A stretch of DNA of 64,000 nt. It comes from Candidatus Eiseniibacteriota bacterium. Its GTDB lineage: Bacteria > Eisenbacteria > RBG-16-71-46 > CAIMUX01 > VGJL01. How positions within the stretch are numbered: the first letter of the stretch is position 1; every line of letters begins with the position of its first letter. The notes beneath the pieces were generated by a model. That model saw only the letters and a list, made by a program, of their open reading frames with translations. It was not told where the DNA came from and searched no databases. The DNA is taken from NCBI GenBank assembly GCA_041946735.1, contig JBHGAY010000012.1, forward strand, positions 64,001 to 128,000, written 5' to 3'. The position numbers and the translations under genes are program-made. This document shows, piece by piece, positions 13,101-19,073 of this stretch.

Positions 13101-14105
13101 CACGACATCGACGAGTTCGAAGAGAGGGTTCTGCTGCACCAGGGCACGGCGGACGAGATCCTGCCGTACCTGCAGCCGGCTCTCTACGGAACGGGCGAGA
13201 CCTACGATCCGACCGACACGCTGCTGGTCAGACTGCCGATCGTCGGCGGCGGCCGGATCCAGGAAGGGGACATCCTCGAGGTCACCGTCTACACGTTGAA
13301 GCACATCACGTCCGACGGTCCCGGCTTCGGCTGCGACTTTGCGGACACGGTGGGCATCGGTGACACGAACCTCCTGCTGCAGAACTGCTGGTTCGATTGG
13401 TCTGCAGAGGAGCTGCATGTCTACGACATGGGTGTTCTCGATCAGGTGCGGAACAGCGGAAGCAAGTTCATCGAGCAGCGGTTCGTTGTCGACATGCTGC
13501 CGCCCGCCTGCACCATCGTCCTGCCGGGCGCGACGCAGGATCCGAACCAGGACATGATCATCGATGTCACGGTCTCGGATCTCGGCGTCGGTCTCGATGT
13601 GACGAACCCGACGGTCCGAGTGGTCGGTCCCGACGGCTCTCAGATCGCGGTCCAGAACCTCGTGGTCACGGGCAACCGGATCACGGGCAAGGTCCCCGCG
13701 CCTCTGCAGACCGGCGAGTACACGATCACCGTGACCGCGTCGGATCGTCTCGGGCATGTCTGCACGACGACGAAGACGGTCCGGGTCGAAGCGGCTCAGC
13801 TCACCCTGACCGAGGCGTACAGCTACCCGAACCCGTTCGATCCTGGTCATGGCGACGTCGTCCTGAACTTCGCCGTGAGCAAGACGAGCGACGTGACCAT
13901 CAAGGTCTATGACTTCGCCGGCAACTTCGTGACGAACATCGCGACCAACCGTCAGGTGCACCCCGGTGATGCTCCCATCACCTGGGGCGGCACCAACTCG
14001 GAAGGCCAGCCGCTGGCGAATGGCGCTTACATCGTCCGTGTCGTCGCCACTGACGGCGCTCGGACGGAGCAGGCGAACCTCAAGGTGGTCATCTGGAGGG
14101 AGTAG
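1170..14105 (+). CDS. Giant (~4,311 aa) secreted acidic multi-Ig-domain surface protein with T9SS/FlgD-Ig-like C-terminal sorting domain
   Basis: AGGAGG RBS at 1155-1160; Sec signal peptide MSGTRTRTLVFVTALVLCLVAGFSGAFA|D; ~15 Y-x-x-x-A-x-A-x-D-x-x-G-N Ig-type motifs; Dx[DN]xDG Ca-binding loops; C-terminal YSYPNPF...IKVYDFAGN...WGGTN..G..LANGAYIVRV. Confidence 0.9.
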   Translation: MSGTRTRTLVFVTALVLCLVAGFSGAFADTRDTEPSENQVINYPAYPVEPLAGGQYPQGPPYIVSATYNPEGPRVVIVFNEGVNPTGVNPEDVLSSNTFDLTQTAFGSDDGDNVLYLTFDTTPGNAGFDDASTEIFAMLPGGFQDATLMRNMDVSPITVGDGPVITSVTISNRQNDLQGIDGPDDNQVVVTFDANVQLVGTDDAAFGSTLEFNGQALDSNVAGNQITIGLATQTADTPQFLYMQPGVMNLRLASGTVRWVANNVSNNKLVFRATANDGPLLAAAYWRDPVTGGSEDADVAIAFDQPITNNLPADFGAEFDAVPDETQGTVTTWFPTSWTNVLRVGSFSAGFIPYERIAIDTNGSLADYQNAAALDPDSIDVHRGLGLVRAAYNRNLTPTDLTDDELYLYFTEPIQNSTDLTADNFDDYFDLIGFSIGDLPVLEYVEPSGPDNFSVVIVRNWFRAQTANPWEQGDRIIAKDPGILPDLVGSISGGGLWVGTDESTEGVYYLPVLDESRPIQLALEDTHETVADAWTFDDTNDTYTIFLRFSENSANGAANGEEDSDEYFLYPIRANDMALWDKTRMATYLPEAIAIGNLSPRQVDGTTRLGVYVSVEDVNPAAPPGTIFSTIDGFDITSPGQLAFLLAAADWQGNLSRIETINPDEYGWTWLLPQPANPDLRVYIQPEYCSPEFQGNIPLYGVHFIHDYEVDRVRFEYLKDDNGNGCDTDAGETWEELVTVGGELAPAQRGDPLMYRNNTDQGCRDDLRAMSLGTWYAFEYDGVDDYYYYDADNDLIYSPRDMVVRSDDDVFGNGDDLVVIGSDLYGESVPDGAILTAFVYYGDPNESATNPAYYWAEADAECPGDPILASQGTELGILSPSDYIFRENREGYVDGGGVLDPTLQGTNLWTANWAPCELDDPDGEYLVRTIAIDRSGNEDEIQEHCYDPNAWNPLEVEAITVECEQNLTVDLTTVDAYVPRWDEGADAWTYDVVTLDLDTTAPVVDQLPPNTRFFRINADVDAPDVEGVVFQVDTPDGSFIVGPNPDADVYSDLDALPGYNYQAGNAEYLDDERFQDDGDFVYEPGTDTVLDPGRNGVVDTPAGQLLIPLVLEDLGDVDQDNDGNILDNGTAQNEIDTVAPFTAWFDMDGYQAPGIVNFTITATANRTVESCPGGAQASADSEVIEINNWSRPLVDVIRVEDQNDAVIDVWHPVADGDPYGIYPTEAGSERTFLIHVTAEDPDGIRWVRLFYRANPACGGTPTVWTLVSPADVDTLPDGSPWDSYPDVDYPYEFHWVLGALDDANGNYQFYAEAMDEAGNLSGIPVFPYGFGFNEYAGQDLAHVVPLANTDHCAPGDTITVGDEYLITAELADPTLEGDVQVRFYYAPRVVGATYAPTDIDANNRLYLDFSILDPTTGGLYVCVNGVEYSNANYTANAGDDFITFTQLPAEGSTIQVSYNFVSANYPDGWLPIGEGDDVAPYTVEWEEGVNPPGVPPFQETIDNGLPGYDLIAVALIDVDGDGQYDPGSMCDVMEALASENGNHRVIVEIGKPIVHLYGLDYEPDFADAQWHYPQQEYWPGNAFGPSNGYVQPDGAEKKLSGVEFDVFVTAAPEDPATIDDVRLVMFHQFHAEPYDSIGMTLIGEGEEFTMPITMYTRDYYEVRPEEIENITLHVTDLGTGTTTQYAMAPDDATERNYYQATATFTTGKTYTYQFFIDKVGDDDGFYLDRRNSGPFQQPKDDIPGYASLIVTPPSDFWYAHLTSANYQENTIYRTNVEAIDSDGVIGSNMSDGSGDPQGPIVYVYDTTAPNIVRLWADPMLVGVADPQTTLWLEANDEPNLDVNVITTRTVVFQYSPLETPDEWITIGIDTTYEDGWFMPWTVPNPISDLYDNDGDGQVDEDDELLADYPVRAVVFDDAGYYHDPFVVGFPGSGNPSYASSIIVQFDAFPPYTHIIDPHDGTVFPYGTTIPVTGVANDTPPEAAVATGVDFVRFQYKDGQNLWVENGTAPYYTHGTDFVFRDENGNEQYDDGVDVVLFQPTGTAPGDFNGQAGNLWFDIDPTVNDNTDEPIIQADAPDQTEFSIDFDTRQVWGTEDLYVRLRMLATDMAGNETIQDDLHAEEIVIILNDITAPTAYLQWMSRPCEPTCAVLSGDEVEGTKGAVTLYGTVLDPTGGLEHVVAVDIEIRAEGDTDWTVLGRDQTPFDAEPCADVPDPNGTFGYFAQAWNTDEYPEGVYEVRAVAVDDDGNRDEEGALIVRVNVDRTPPSVNYAATEGFPGFIEGMAEYQNDGDPDSPSFVIVRDPDTGDVEFRVYTTDPDVQTMTLQWRYPSDPLGLWRPWSEAFNEFNNADRRLFTDFQYEPAQNFDDAFVWIAHAEDFFYETEPGLADYLIKSTFVQGPVEWRVLATDSACNTNSGQTDFVTATVDLTCPSVWDYAVDKPTRIVVPGEEMNFTVFLKDAESDVRTVTLLGVTDPGTPDEHRYVIATGELLPVVEGENVFDLGGPNTQWKFTATWAFPDVVYKDTPLEIWVVRGDVAGNTCGENERIDLITVQDLVPPDNTKIVYIAGQVALSDDPADSVAYDGGLPELLENDNVWVNRDGGLIYTPFGGNGDNDDYLVSEGWTPGVENNTEADIFTLGDELATYPREVNEGYMGNPAANPPRVARLVTLVARTWADDQSFGAADDGIAKVIFLVRPFGETQADTLSKDEYQPFYPLYLWHAFWNTQATLDDGVTPIYPDGDYEIAAYGVDSSGNVEDTAALEWTRVTVDNTPPVATMDADPTTETVEQTPTPIDIERNSAFLLFARILPENPINDDAATFFFKRTRDLNMAGSWLQIPAVDDPNTPINENWARGPEDGNPDDTRPYSFNLDLGKSMDPVDFLHWLNDPNTAPKPGPLHVGEQYDFVAAASDLLGNTTSHLDAFADSLWVRIRIVDTIAPIMTITAVERNIGQTDRIENPDQVHAQSFAYLEAKNLDGMTDLDDVFFVYRPQGGTDWTLLDGTLEELGDGSWQIGPWDLAALEHNAWYEVAAIGVDDVGNQSDPSDDATPKLLVYVDYEAPDNYAFTHPAIDATDLCDWYTGGLQGVKLYDLAVADADDVENVDTWDIVFEYKPSSAIDEPGNWTTVPTGGENLPDHPVIHDDGTNSWWQKWEIQDLSTDLYDIRATIEDVAGNVSVLGLTRLGYDNDEPTDVAISRIETVEGGDIEFHPDGLTDIAAGTVVRVCASAKDDELNLPEDRETGVAQFVFEASRDGGVTWYDLGLAEAAQDANDPTDYTACLDWNTTGLAPGTLLWVGVTAVDECGNDSGRIIYQMRISDIIPPTARIVCFDPDQQPHGENPPTCVKIYALAESDPDIAGVIFQYDTVDGDENHEWVNIGVGEPVSGVNGGGAPTTEVLWWASLQTTSLDPAVTQYWLRAIAKDEVGNQYGDSPDEVVPMMLASLVTLPDGSMTFEPARTTTHAVDNVSVQVESATRVILTVKMADSVERPRVVVLAEQPYLESGDFCLHNNEAWIYSAGTDGDYNLLRSNDDPTVWRGEIHLEAEGCYQYSICVTGTDEGLLVDHVGVAVNQYPVSAALGTNGTVVTPGYEDLESRVTIVSGAIEGEDCLLVSPTLPPTLDQDQAVYLEPVADSAWHIELIGGNFSDFATGYHPTVVIAYDQAAVDAALAGSNGAVTEDMLTVRRWNPDTGSWSGNGISAIRVNTEANTISFAVDNLSSALDCINDLLKSDGEGGSSCSEGNIFQVFAPKSAAPVFVYSFFPHSAYLSDWWTDADPIVSAYLNDLGGQGIDPTTVKVLIDGRIVANMFPAGGGEADYFWGEGHAEIWAANEEGTVWELEYTHSRLQRDWLTEGQHTFTVQYRSYGTSDETSVDTPFFVDLTAPQLAFHGGWIGNPLLQNLAGYIDGGPNSILTVSMYDGGSGIFVRPERQEFLPDLDCDEYIDSEDLYEEPVWTPDSGCWQAVDFGIKYDLWLVHYEDDQHDIDEFEERVLLHQGTADEILPYLQPALYGTGETYDPTDTLLVRLPIVGGGRIQEGDILEVTVYTLKHITSDGPGFGCDFADTVGIGDTNLLLQNCWFDWSAEELHVYDMGVLDQVRNSGSKFIEQRFVVDMLPPACTIVLPGATQDPNQDMIIDVTVSDLGVGLDVTNPTVRVVGPDGSQIAVQNLVVTGNRITGKVPAPLQTGEYTITVTASDRLGHVCTTTKTVRVEAAQLTLTEAYSYPNPFDPGHGDVVLNFAVSKTSDVTIKVYDFAGNFVTNIATNRQVHPGDAPITWGGTNSEGQPLANGAYIVRVVATDGARTEQANLKVVIWRE

Positions 14106-14116
14106 CGGGTGAGAAG

Positions 14117-14144
14117 GCGGGGGGAGGACCCTTCCTCCCCCCGC
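14117..14144 (+). other. Intercistronic 12-bp GC stem-loop without U-tract (mRNA stability or partial attenuation)
   Basis: GCGGGGGGAGGA-CCCT-TCCTCCCCCCGC. Confidence 0.6.
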
Positions 14145-14205
14145 GATCTCGCATCTTCGACTTCGGACGAGTGAACGACGACGGGTTCAACAAGGAGGTA
14201 AGGAC

Positions 14206-15837
14206 ATGGTGAGTCTGAAGCGAGGAACGATCCTGACCCTCGTGGTCTTGACGGGATCGATCCTCCTCACTGGGCTCGCGTGGGCCGCCAGCGACAGCAA
14301 CGGGAACCATAATGCTCCCTACCTGCGCATGGGCGTCGGTGCACGGGCCCTGGGAATGGGGGGCGCCTACGTCGCGGTCGCCAACGACCTGACGGCAGGC
14401 TACTGGAACCCGGCCGGCCTCGCCTGGACCAACGGATGGCAGGTCGGCGGGATGTTCTCGAGCGGAATGGACGTCGATCGGAAGTACAACCAGATCGGCG
14501 CGTCGTATGGCGGAAGCTGGGGCGCGATCGGGTTCAACTGGCTCAACGCCGGCATGACCGACATTCCCCAGCGCAACGCGACGGGCGGGGACATGGGCAC
14601 GTTCGACTTCTCGGACAATGCCTTCATGCTCTCGCTTGCGAAGGGTTTCGATATCGCGTCCTTTGGGATCACCGGCAAGTACCTGCGTGAGGGGCTCGAC
14701 GCGAACATTCCGGGCGACGACAACGTCAACGGGTACGGAATCGACCTCGGTTTCGGCCTCGCTCTGATGGATCAGGTGCGCCTCGGGTTCGCGGTGCAGG
14801 ACATCGCCGGGTCGCTGGGCAACGCGGACGAAGACGAAGTCGACGACATCCCCACGAACCTGCGCGCCGGCCTGATGGTCGGGCCGATTCCGGGGCTGAC
14901 GGCGGCGTTCGACGTCGAGAAGACCCAGGACGACGACGACTACAAGTTCCATCTTGGCGGCGAGTACCGGATGCCTCTCTCCGAGGACTTCGGTGCCGCG
15001 GTCCGGCTGGGGCTCAACGACGGGGAGTTCGCGGCGGGGTTCGGGCTGAAGTTCCGGTTCCTCGAGGCGGACTACGCGTACGTCAACGACCAGCAGGACT
15101 TCCTGAACGAGAACCATCGCTTCTCCGTCGCCCTGAAGTTCGGCGAGGAGGAGATGATGATGACCGGTCCGGGGGCGATGCGCGACACCGATCGGGACGG
15201 GATCCCCGATGACGTGGATCAGTGCCCGACGCTCGCGGAAGACCTCGACGGCTTCATGGACAACGACGGCTGCCCCGACCCGGACAACGACGGCGACGGC
15301 ATCCCGGACATCAATGACAACTGCCCGAACCAGGCGGAAGACATGGATGGCTGGCAGGACGCCGACGGTTGCCCGGACGTCGACAACGACGGCGACGGCA
15401 TCCTCGACAAGGACGACAAGTGCCCGAACGTCGCCGAGGACGTCAACGGCTACCAGGACGACGACGGCTGCCCGGACGGCGGGCAGGCGAACGCGGGGAT
15501 CCCGGTTCTCGCATACATCAACTTCAAGTACGACAGCGCGGAGATCAGCGGCGCCGATCCGATCCCGGTCCTCGAGGACGTGGCTCGGATCATGCGGGAG
15601 CGCCCCGATCTGCGGCTGAAGATCACGGGACACACCGACTCGACCGGCAGCGACCAGTACAACATGAAGCTGTCGATGCGCCGGGCCGATGCGATCAAGG
15701 ACTATCTGGTCAAGAGGGGCGTGTCTGCGGACCGGATGGTCACCGAGGGGAAGGGCGAGAGCCAGCCGGTGGATACGAACGACACCGATCTCGGCCGCGC
15801 CCGCAACCGCCGGATCGAGTTCCAGGTCCTGCAATAG
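14206..15837 (+). CDS. PorV/PorQ-family outer-membrane barrel fused to thrombospondin type-3 repeats and an OmpA-like peptidoglycan-binding domain
   Basis: AAGGAGGT RBS; signal peptide; L.MGVGARALGMGGAYVAVANDLTAGYWNPAGLA (PorV/FadL-like N-terminus); three DxDxDGIxDxxDxCPxxAEDxxGxxDxDGCPD repeats; GHTDSTG...N..LS.RRA...NRRIEF (OmpA-C). Confidence 0.88.
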   Translation: MVSLKRGTILTLVVLTGSILLTGLAWAASDSNGNHNAPYLRMGVGARALGMGGAYVAVANDLTAGYWNPAGLAWTNGWQVGGMFSSGMDVDRKYNQIGASYGGSWGAIGFNWLNAGMTDIPQRNATGGDMGTFDFSDNAFMLSLAKGFDIASFGITGKYLREGLDANIPGDDNVNGYGIDLGFGLALMDQVRLGFAVQDIAGSLGNADEDEVDDIPTNLRAGLMVGPIPGLTAAFDVEKTQDDDDYKFHLGGEYRMPLSEDFGAAVRLGLNDGEFAAGFGLKFRFLEADYAYVNDQQDFLNENHRFSVALKFGEEEMMMTGPGAMRDTDRDGIPDDVDQCPTLAEDLDGFMDNDGCPDPDNDGDGIPDINDNCPNQAEDMDGWQDADGCPDVDNDGDGILDKDDKCPNVAEDVNGYQDDDGCPDGGQANAGIPVLAYINFKYDSAEISGADPIPVLEDVARIMRERPDLRLKITGHTDSTGSDQYNMKLSMRRADAIKDYLVKRGVSADRMVTEGKGESQPVDTNDTDLGRARNRRIEFQVLQ

Positions 15838-15897
15838 GCAGACCGGACACGATCCGTGCGGCCGGCCCGTAAGGGGCCGGACCTCGAGAACCCGTCG

Positions 15898-15930
15898 AGG
15901 CCCCATGGGAGCGATCCCATGGGGCCTTTC
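15898..15930 (+). terminator. Probable intrinsic terminator of the giant-gene/porV-ompA operon
   Basis: AGGCCCCATGGGA-GCGA-TCCCATGGGGCCT 13-bp stem with GNRA loop and short T tail; further hairpins at 15862-15900. Confidence 0.6.
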
Positions 15931-16108
15931 GCACACCCCGGCGATGCTTTCACCGAGCCTGGGCGCGTGTGCGGTGGTGCGGAGGGGCGGAGGGCGTTCT
16001 GCAACGGGGGGCGGATCGTGCATGGCGGGAGGGCGGAATGCATCGCTCCCGGGCGTTGGCAAGGCGACCGCCCGACGATAGGGCAGGCAGTTACCGTGGC
16101 GGGCGGTT

Positions 16109-16124
16109 TGGAACGGCCCCTGCT
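16109..16124 (+). promoter_or_regulatory. sigma54 (-24/-12) promoter of the pilin gene
   Basis: TGGAACGGCCCCTGCT, exact GG-N10-GC spacing, ~40 bp upstream of the pilin ATG. Confidence 0.5.
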
Positions 16125-16162
16125 ACGAGTAGGCTGGGGTCCGATCACTCTGGGGGCGCGCC

Positions 16163-16558
16163 ATGCAACTGCGGGCGGATCCGAAGTCGAGCGGCAAGGC
16201 CCGGCAGGGTGGCTTCACCCTGATCGAGCTCGTCATCGTCGTCACCATCCTCGGGATTCTCGCGTCGCTCGCGGTTCCGAACTACATGCGGGCACGCGAG
16301 CGCGCCCGGCGAGCCTCGTGCTTCTCCAACCAGAGTCATCTGCTGCTGGCGGGCTCCCTCTACGCCGCCGACCACAAGGTCTGGAACGAGGTGGTCAACA
16401 GCGGCACCCTCTGGACCCTGGGTTACGTCGGCGAGAGATGCGGCGACTGCCCCGACGACCTGGTGGAGAACGAGGGCGACTACGACGTGACGATCGCCGA
16501 CGGTCAGCCGATCTCGGTGCAATGCCTGGTCAATCCGGCGGAGCATCAGCTTCACTAG
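16163..16558 (+). CDS. Type IV pilin / pseudopilin-like protein
   Basis: Class III signal GG|FTLIELVIVVTILGILASLAVPNY with E5; several Cys in the head domain. Confidence 0.85.
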   Translation: MQLRADPKSSGKARQGGFTLIELVIVVTILGILASLAVPNYMRARERARRASCFSNQSHLLLAGSLYAADHKVWNEVVNSGTLWTLGYVGERCGDCPDDLVENEGDYDVTIADGQPISVQCLVNPAEHQLH

Positions 16559-16695
16559 GCGCCGAGCGGACGCCGCGCCGAGGCGGCGCCACCGCGAGCG
16601 GCTGCCCGGAAGCTTGACGTCCCGTCTCGCTCGTTCTGACGTCCCGACCGTCCCTACCTGCAAGGCCGCGTCCGTCAAGGATCGCCCGGCTCGCC

Positions 16696-16724
16696 TTGAC
16701 ACCCCCGGAACCCCGACCTATCGT
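16696..16724 (+). promoter_or_regulatory. sigma70-type promoter upstream of the riboflavin operon
   Basis: TTGACA-17 bp-TATCGT; -35 overlaps the inverted repeat GTCAAGG-N13-CCTTGAC. Confidence 0.55.
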
Positions 16725-16802
16725 GCCTCGGATGAATGCGACCCGCCGCTCGCGCGCGGCTGCCGCGCCCGCGCGTATCCGCCCGTTCGTCGCGAGGGGC
16801 CG

Positions 16803-17075
16803 ATGAAGTCGTTCCTGCTCTTCACTCTGCTGTGCATCGTCGTGATCCTGCTGCTTCGTTCCTCGCATCGTCGGCAACGCGACGTCGAGGCGCGCCGGCG
16901 CCCTCCCACGCCTCCTTCCCGCCGCGAGCCGCCCATCGTCCCACCCGAGGAGATCGTCGACGTGAAGTTCGAGGAGCGGCCGGAGGGGAGGTCCGGGGCG
17001 ACGAAAGGCAACGGCGCGTCGCCGGCCGCTCGCGGCGCGGAGCCGGGGCGTGAGGGGCCGAAGGAGGAGAGCTGA
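16803..17075 (+). CDS. Small membrane-anchored hypothetical protein (90 aa)
   Basis: GAGG RBS; N-terminal TM MKSFLLFTLLCIVVILLL; Pro-rich linker; EEIVDVKFEE motif. Confidence 0.6.
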   Translation: MKSFLLFTLLCIVVILLLRSSHRRQRDVEARRRPPTPPSRREPPIVPPEEIVDVKFEERPEGRSGATKGNGASPAARGAEPGREGPKEES

Positions 17076-17122
17076 CCGCGCCGGCGCATCGGGAACGGTT
17101 CACCGAAGCGGAGAAGAGGGCC

Positions 17123-18334
17123 ATGCGCCGGGCGCTCGCGCTCGCCGCGCGCGGCCGCGGTCTCGTCTCCCCGAACCCCGCCGTCGGGGCCGTGCTGCTC
17201 GACGGAGAGCGGATCGTCGCGGAGGGGCACCACCGCCGTTTCGGAGGCCCCCATGCAGAAGCCGCGCTGCTCGACCAACTCGAAGGCGGACCGCCGGTCC
17301 GGCCTTCCGCCGTCCTGCTCGTGACACTCGAGCCTTGCTCCCACAAGGGGAAGACCGCCCCCTGCGTCGATCGTCTCCTCGCCTCGCCGATCCGCCGCTT
17401 CGTCGTCGCGACGTCCGACCCCAATCCGCTGGTGTCGGGACGGGGCATTCGCGCGCTCCGAGCGGACGGAAGGGAAGTTCGCGTGGGGCTCGAAGAGGAT
17501 CGCGCCCGCGGCTTGAACCTTCCTTTCTTCCTCGCCCAAAGGGAAGGCCGGGCGATGGTGACGCTGAAGATCGCATCGACTCTCGATGGAAAGGTTGCGG
17601 ATCGCGGCGGCGGCTCGCGATGGATCACCTCGCCCGCCTCGCGCGCGCTCGTCTCGCGGCTGCGCTCGCACGCCGACGCGATCGTGATCGGCCATGGCAC
17701 CGCTCGCCGGGACGATCCGCGGCTCGTCGTCCACGGAGACCCACGCCGCACCCCCACGCGAATCCTCCTCGATTCGCGACTCGCTTCCGACCCGGATCTG
17801 AAGCTCGCCCGGCTGTGGAGGAGGCAGGTGGCCGGTCGAACGGGGGACGCCTCTTCGCCCGACCGGCGGGGAAACTGGATCCAGGTCGAGGATCGTGCGG
17901 CGGGGCCGGCGCTCCGCTGGCGTTTCGAGCCGCGCCTGATCGCCGTCGGCGCCGAGCCCACGGCCGCCCGGATCCGCAGCTTCCGGCGCGCGGGGTGGGA
18001 AGTGTGGCTCCTGCCCGACCGGAGCGGCCGGCGGGTCGATCTCGCGAGGCTCGGGCGCGCGGCGGCGCGGGCCGGTCTGCTCGACCTCCTCGTCGAAGGG
18101 GGGCCGCGACTTTCCGCCGCTTTCCTCGAGGACGGCCCTCTCGATCGCCTCCTTCTCTTCCTCGCCCCTCGCGTTCTCGGCCCCGGGCTCGGTTGGAGCG
18201 ACGCCTGTCCGCCCCGGGAGATCTCCGCTTCGCGCACCCTGGTCGCGGCCGCTCCTCCACGACGGATCGGCGGCGGCGACCTCCTCCTCGATCTCGTTCC
18301 GGGCGGCCCGGTCCGTTCCCGGGCGACGGGATAG
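17123..18334 (+). CDS. ribD: Bifunctional pyrimidine deaminase/reductase
   Basis: PNPAVG, HAE, TLEPCSH..KTAPC, LKIASTLDG, VEGG motifs. Confidence 0.95.
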   Translation: MRRALALAARGRGLVSPNPAVGAVLLDGERIVAEGHHRRFGGPHAEAALLDQLEGGPPVRPSAVLLVTLEPCSHKGKTAPCVDRLLASPIRRFVVATSDPNPLVSGRGIRALRADGREVRVGLEEDRARGLNLPFFLAQREGRAMVTLKIASTLDGKVADRGGGSRWITSPASRALVSRLRSHADAIVIGHGTARRDDPRLVVHGDPRRTPTRILLDSRLASDPDLKLARLWRRQVAGRTGDASSPDRRGNWIQVEDRAAGPALRWRFEPRLIAVGAEPTAARIRSFRRAGWEVWLLPDRSGRRVDLARLGRAAARAGLLDLLVEGGPRLSAAFLEDGPLDRLLLFLAPRVLGPGLGWSDACPPREISASRTLVAAAPPRRIGGGDLLLDLVPGGPVRSRATG

Positions 18335-18412
18335 ACGGGCGGCGCCGCGGGAAGCGGGGTCCGGCGGGCGGTCCGATACGCTACAGTCTTCGGAAGCGAG
18401 AGGGGCGATGCG

Positions 18413-19024
18413 ATGTTCACGGGACTCGTGGAGGGGGTCGGAGAGGTCGTCGGAGTCCGGGGCGCAGGAGGCGTTCGGGAGCTAGCGATCCGCAGTCCCT
18501 TCCCGAAGGCCGATCTGGTCGCCGGGGCTTCCATCGCGGTGCATGGCGTCTGCCTGACTCTCGTCGAAAGCGGCGGGGACGACGGAGTCTTCCGGGTGCA
18601 AGCGGGGCGGGAGACGCTCCGCCGTTCGGTTCTCCGGGGATTGCGCGTCGGCTCGCTCGTTCACCTCGAGCGCGCGCTCGCCGCCGGTGACCGGCTCGGC
18701 GGCCACATCGTCCAGGGACACGTGGACGGGATCGGACGGATCGCTCGGGTGCAGCGCGGGGGAGGCGAAACGGTCCTCGACGTGGCCGCGGCACCGGAGA
18801 TCCTCCGCTACCTCGTCGAGAAGGGTTCGGTGACGGTCGACGGAGTGAGCCTCACCGTCGGCCGCGTCGGCGCCCGCGCCTTCCGGGTGCACGTCATTCC
18901 CAAGACCGCCGAGACGACGCTGCTCGCCCGCTACCGGCCGGGACGGCGGGTGAACCTGGAGGCGGATATACTCGCCAAGTACGTCGAGGCGCTGCTGCGG
19001 GCGAGGGATCGGAGCGGTGCGTGA
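18413..19024 (+). CDS. ribE: Riboflavin synthase
   Basis: N-terminal [26 protein letters not shown]. Confidence 0.95.
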   Translation: MFTGLVEGVGEVVGVRGAGGVRELAIRSPFPKADLVAGASIAVHGVCLTLVESGGDDGVFRVQAGRETLRRSVLRGLRVGSLVHLERALAAGDRLGGHIVQGHVDGIGRIARVQRGGGETVLDVAAAPEILRYLVEKGSVTVDGVSLTVGRVGARAFRVHVIPKTAETTLLARYRPGRRVNLEADILAKYVEALLRARDRSGA

Positions 19025-19073
19025 GCGAGAGCACGGTCGACCGGGGCGGAGCCGGATCGATTCGGGGGGAAGC

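Noticed and set aside
2418..13961. 3,847-aa antisense ORF
   Set aside because: It is in codon register with the giant gene and stays open only because that gene avoids TTA/CTA/TCA codons. The translation (V/R/D-rich) is a typical shadow ORF.
16725..17122. FMN riboswitch before the rib genes
   Set aside because: No RFN consensus is recognisable; the region holds a small ORF.
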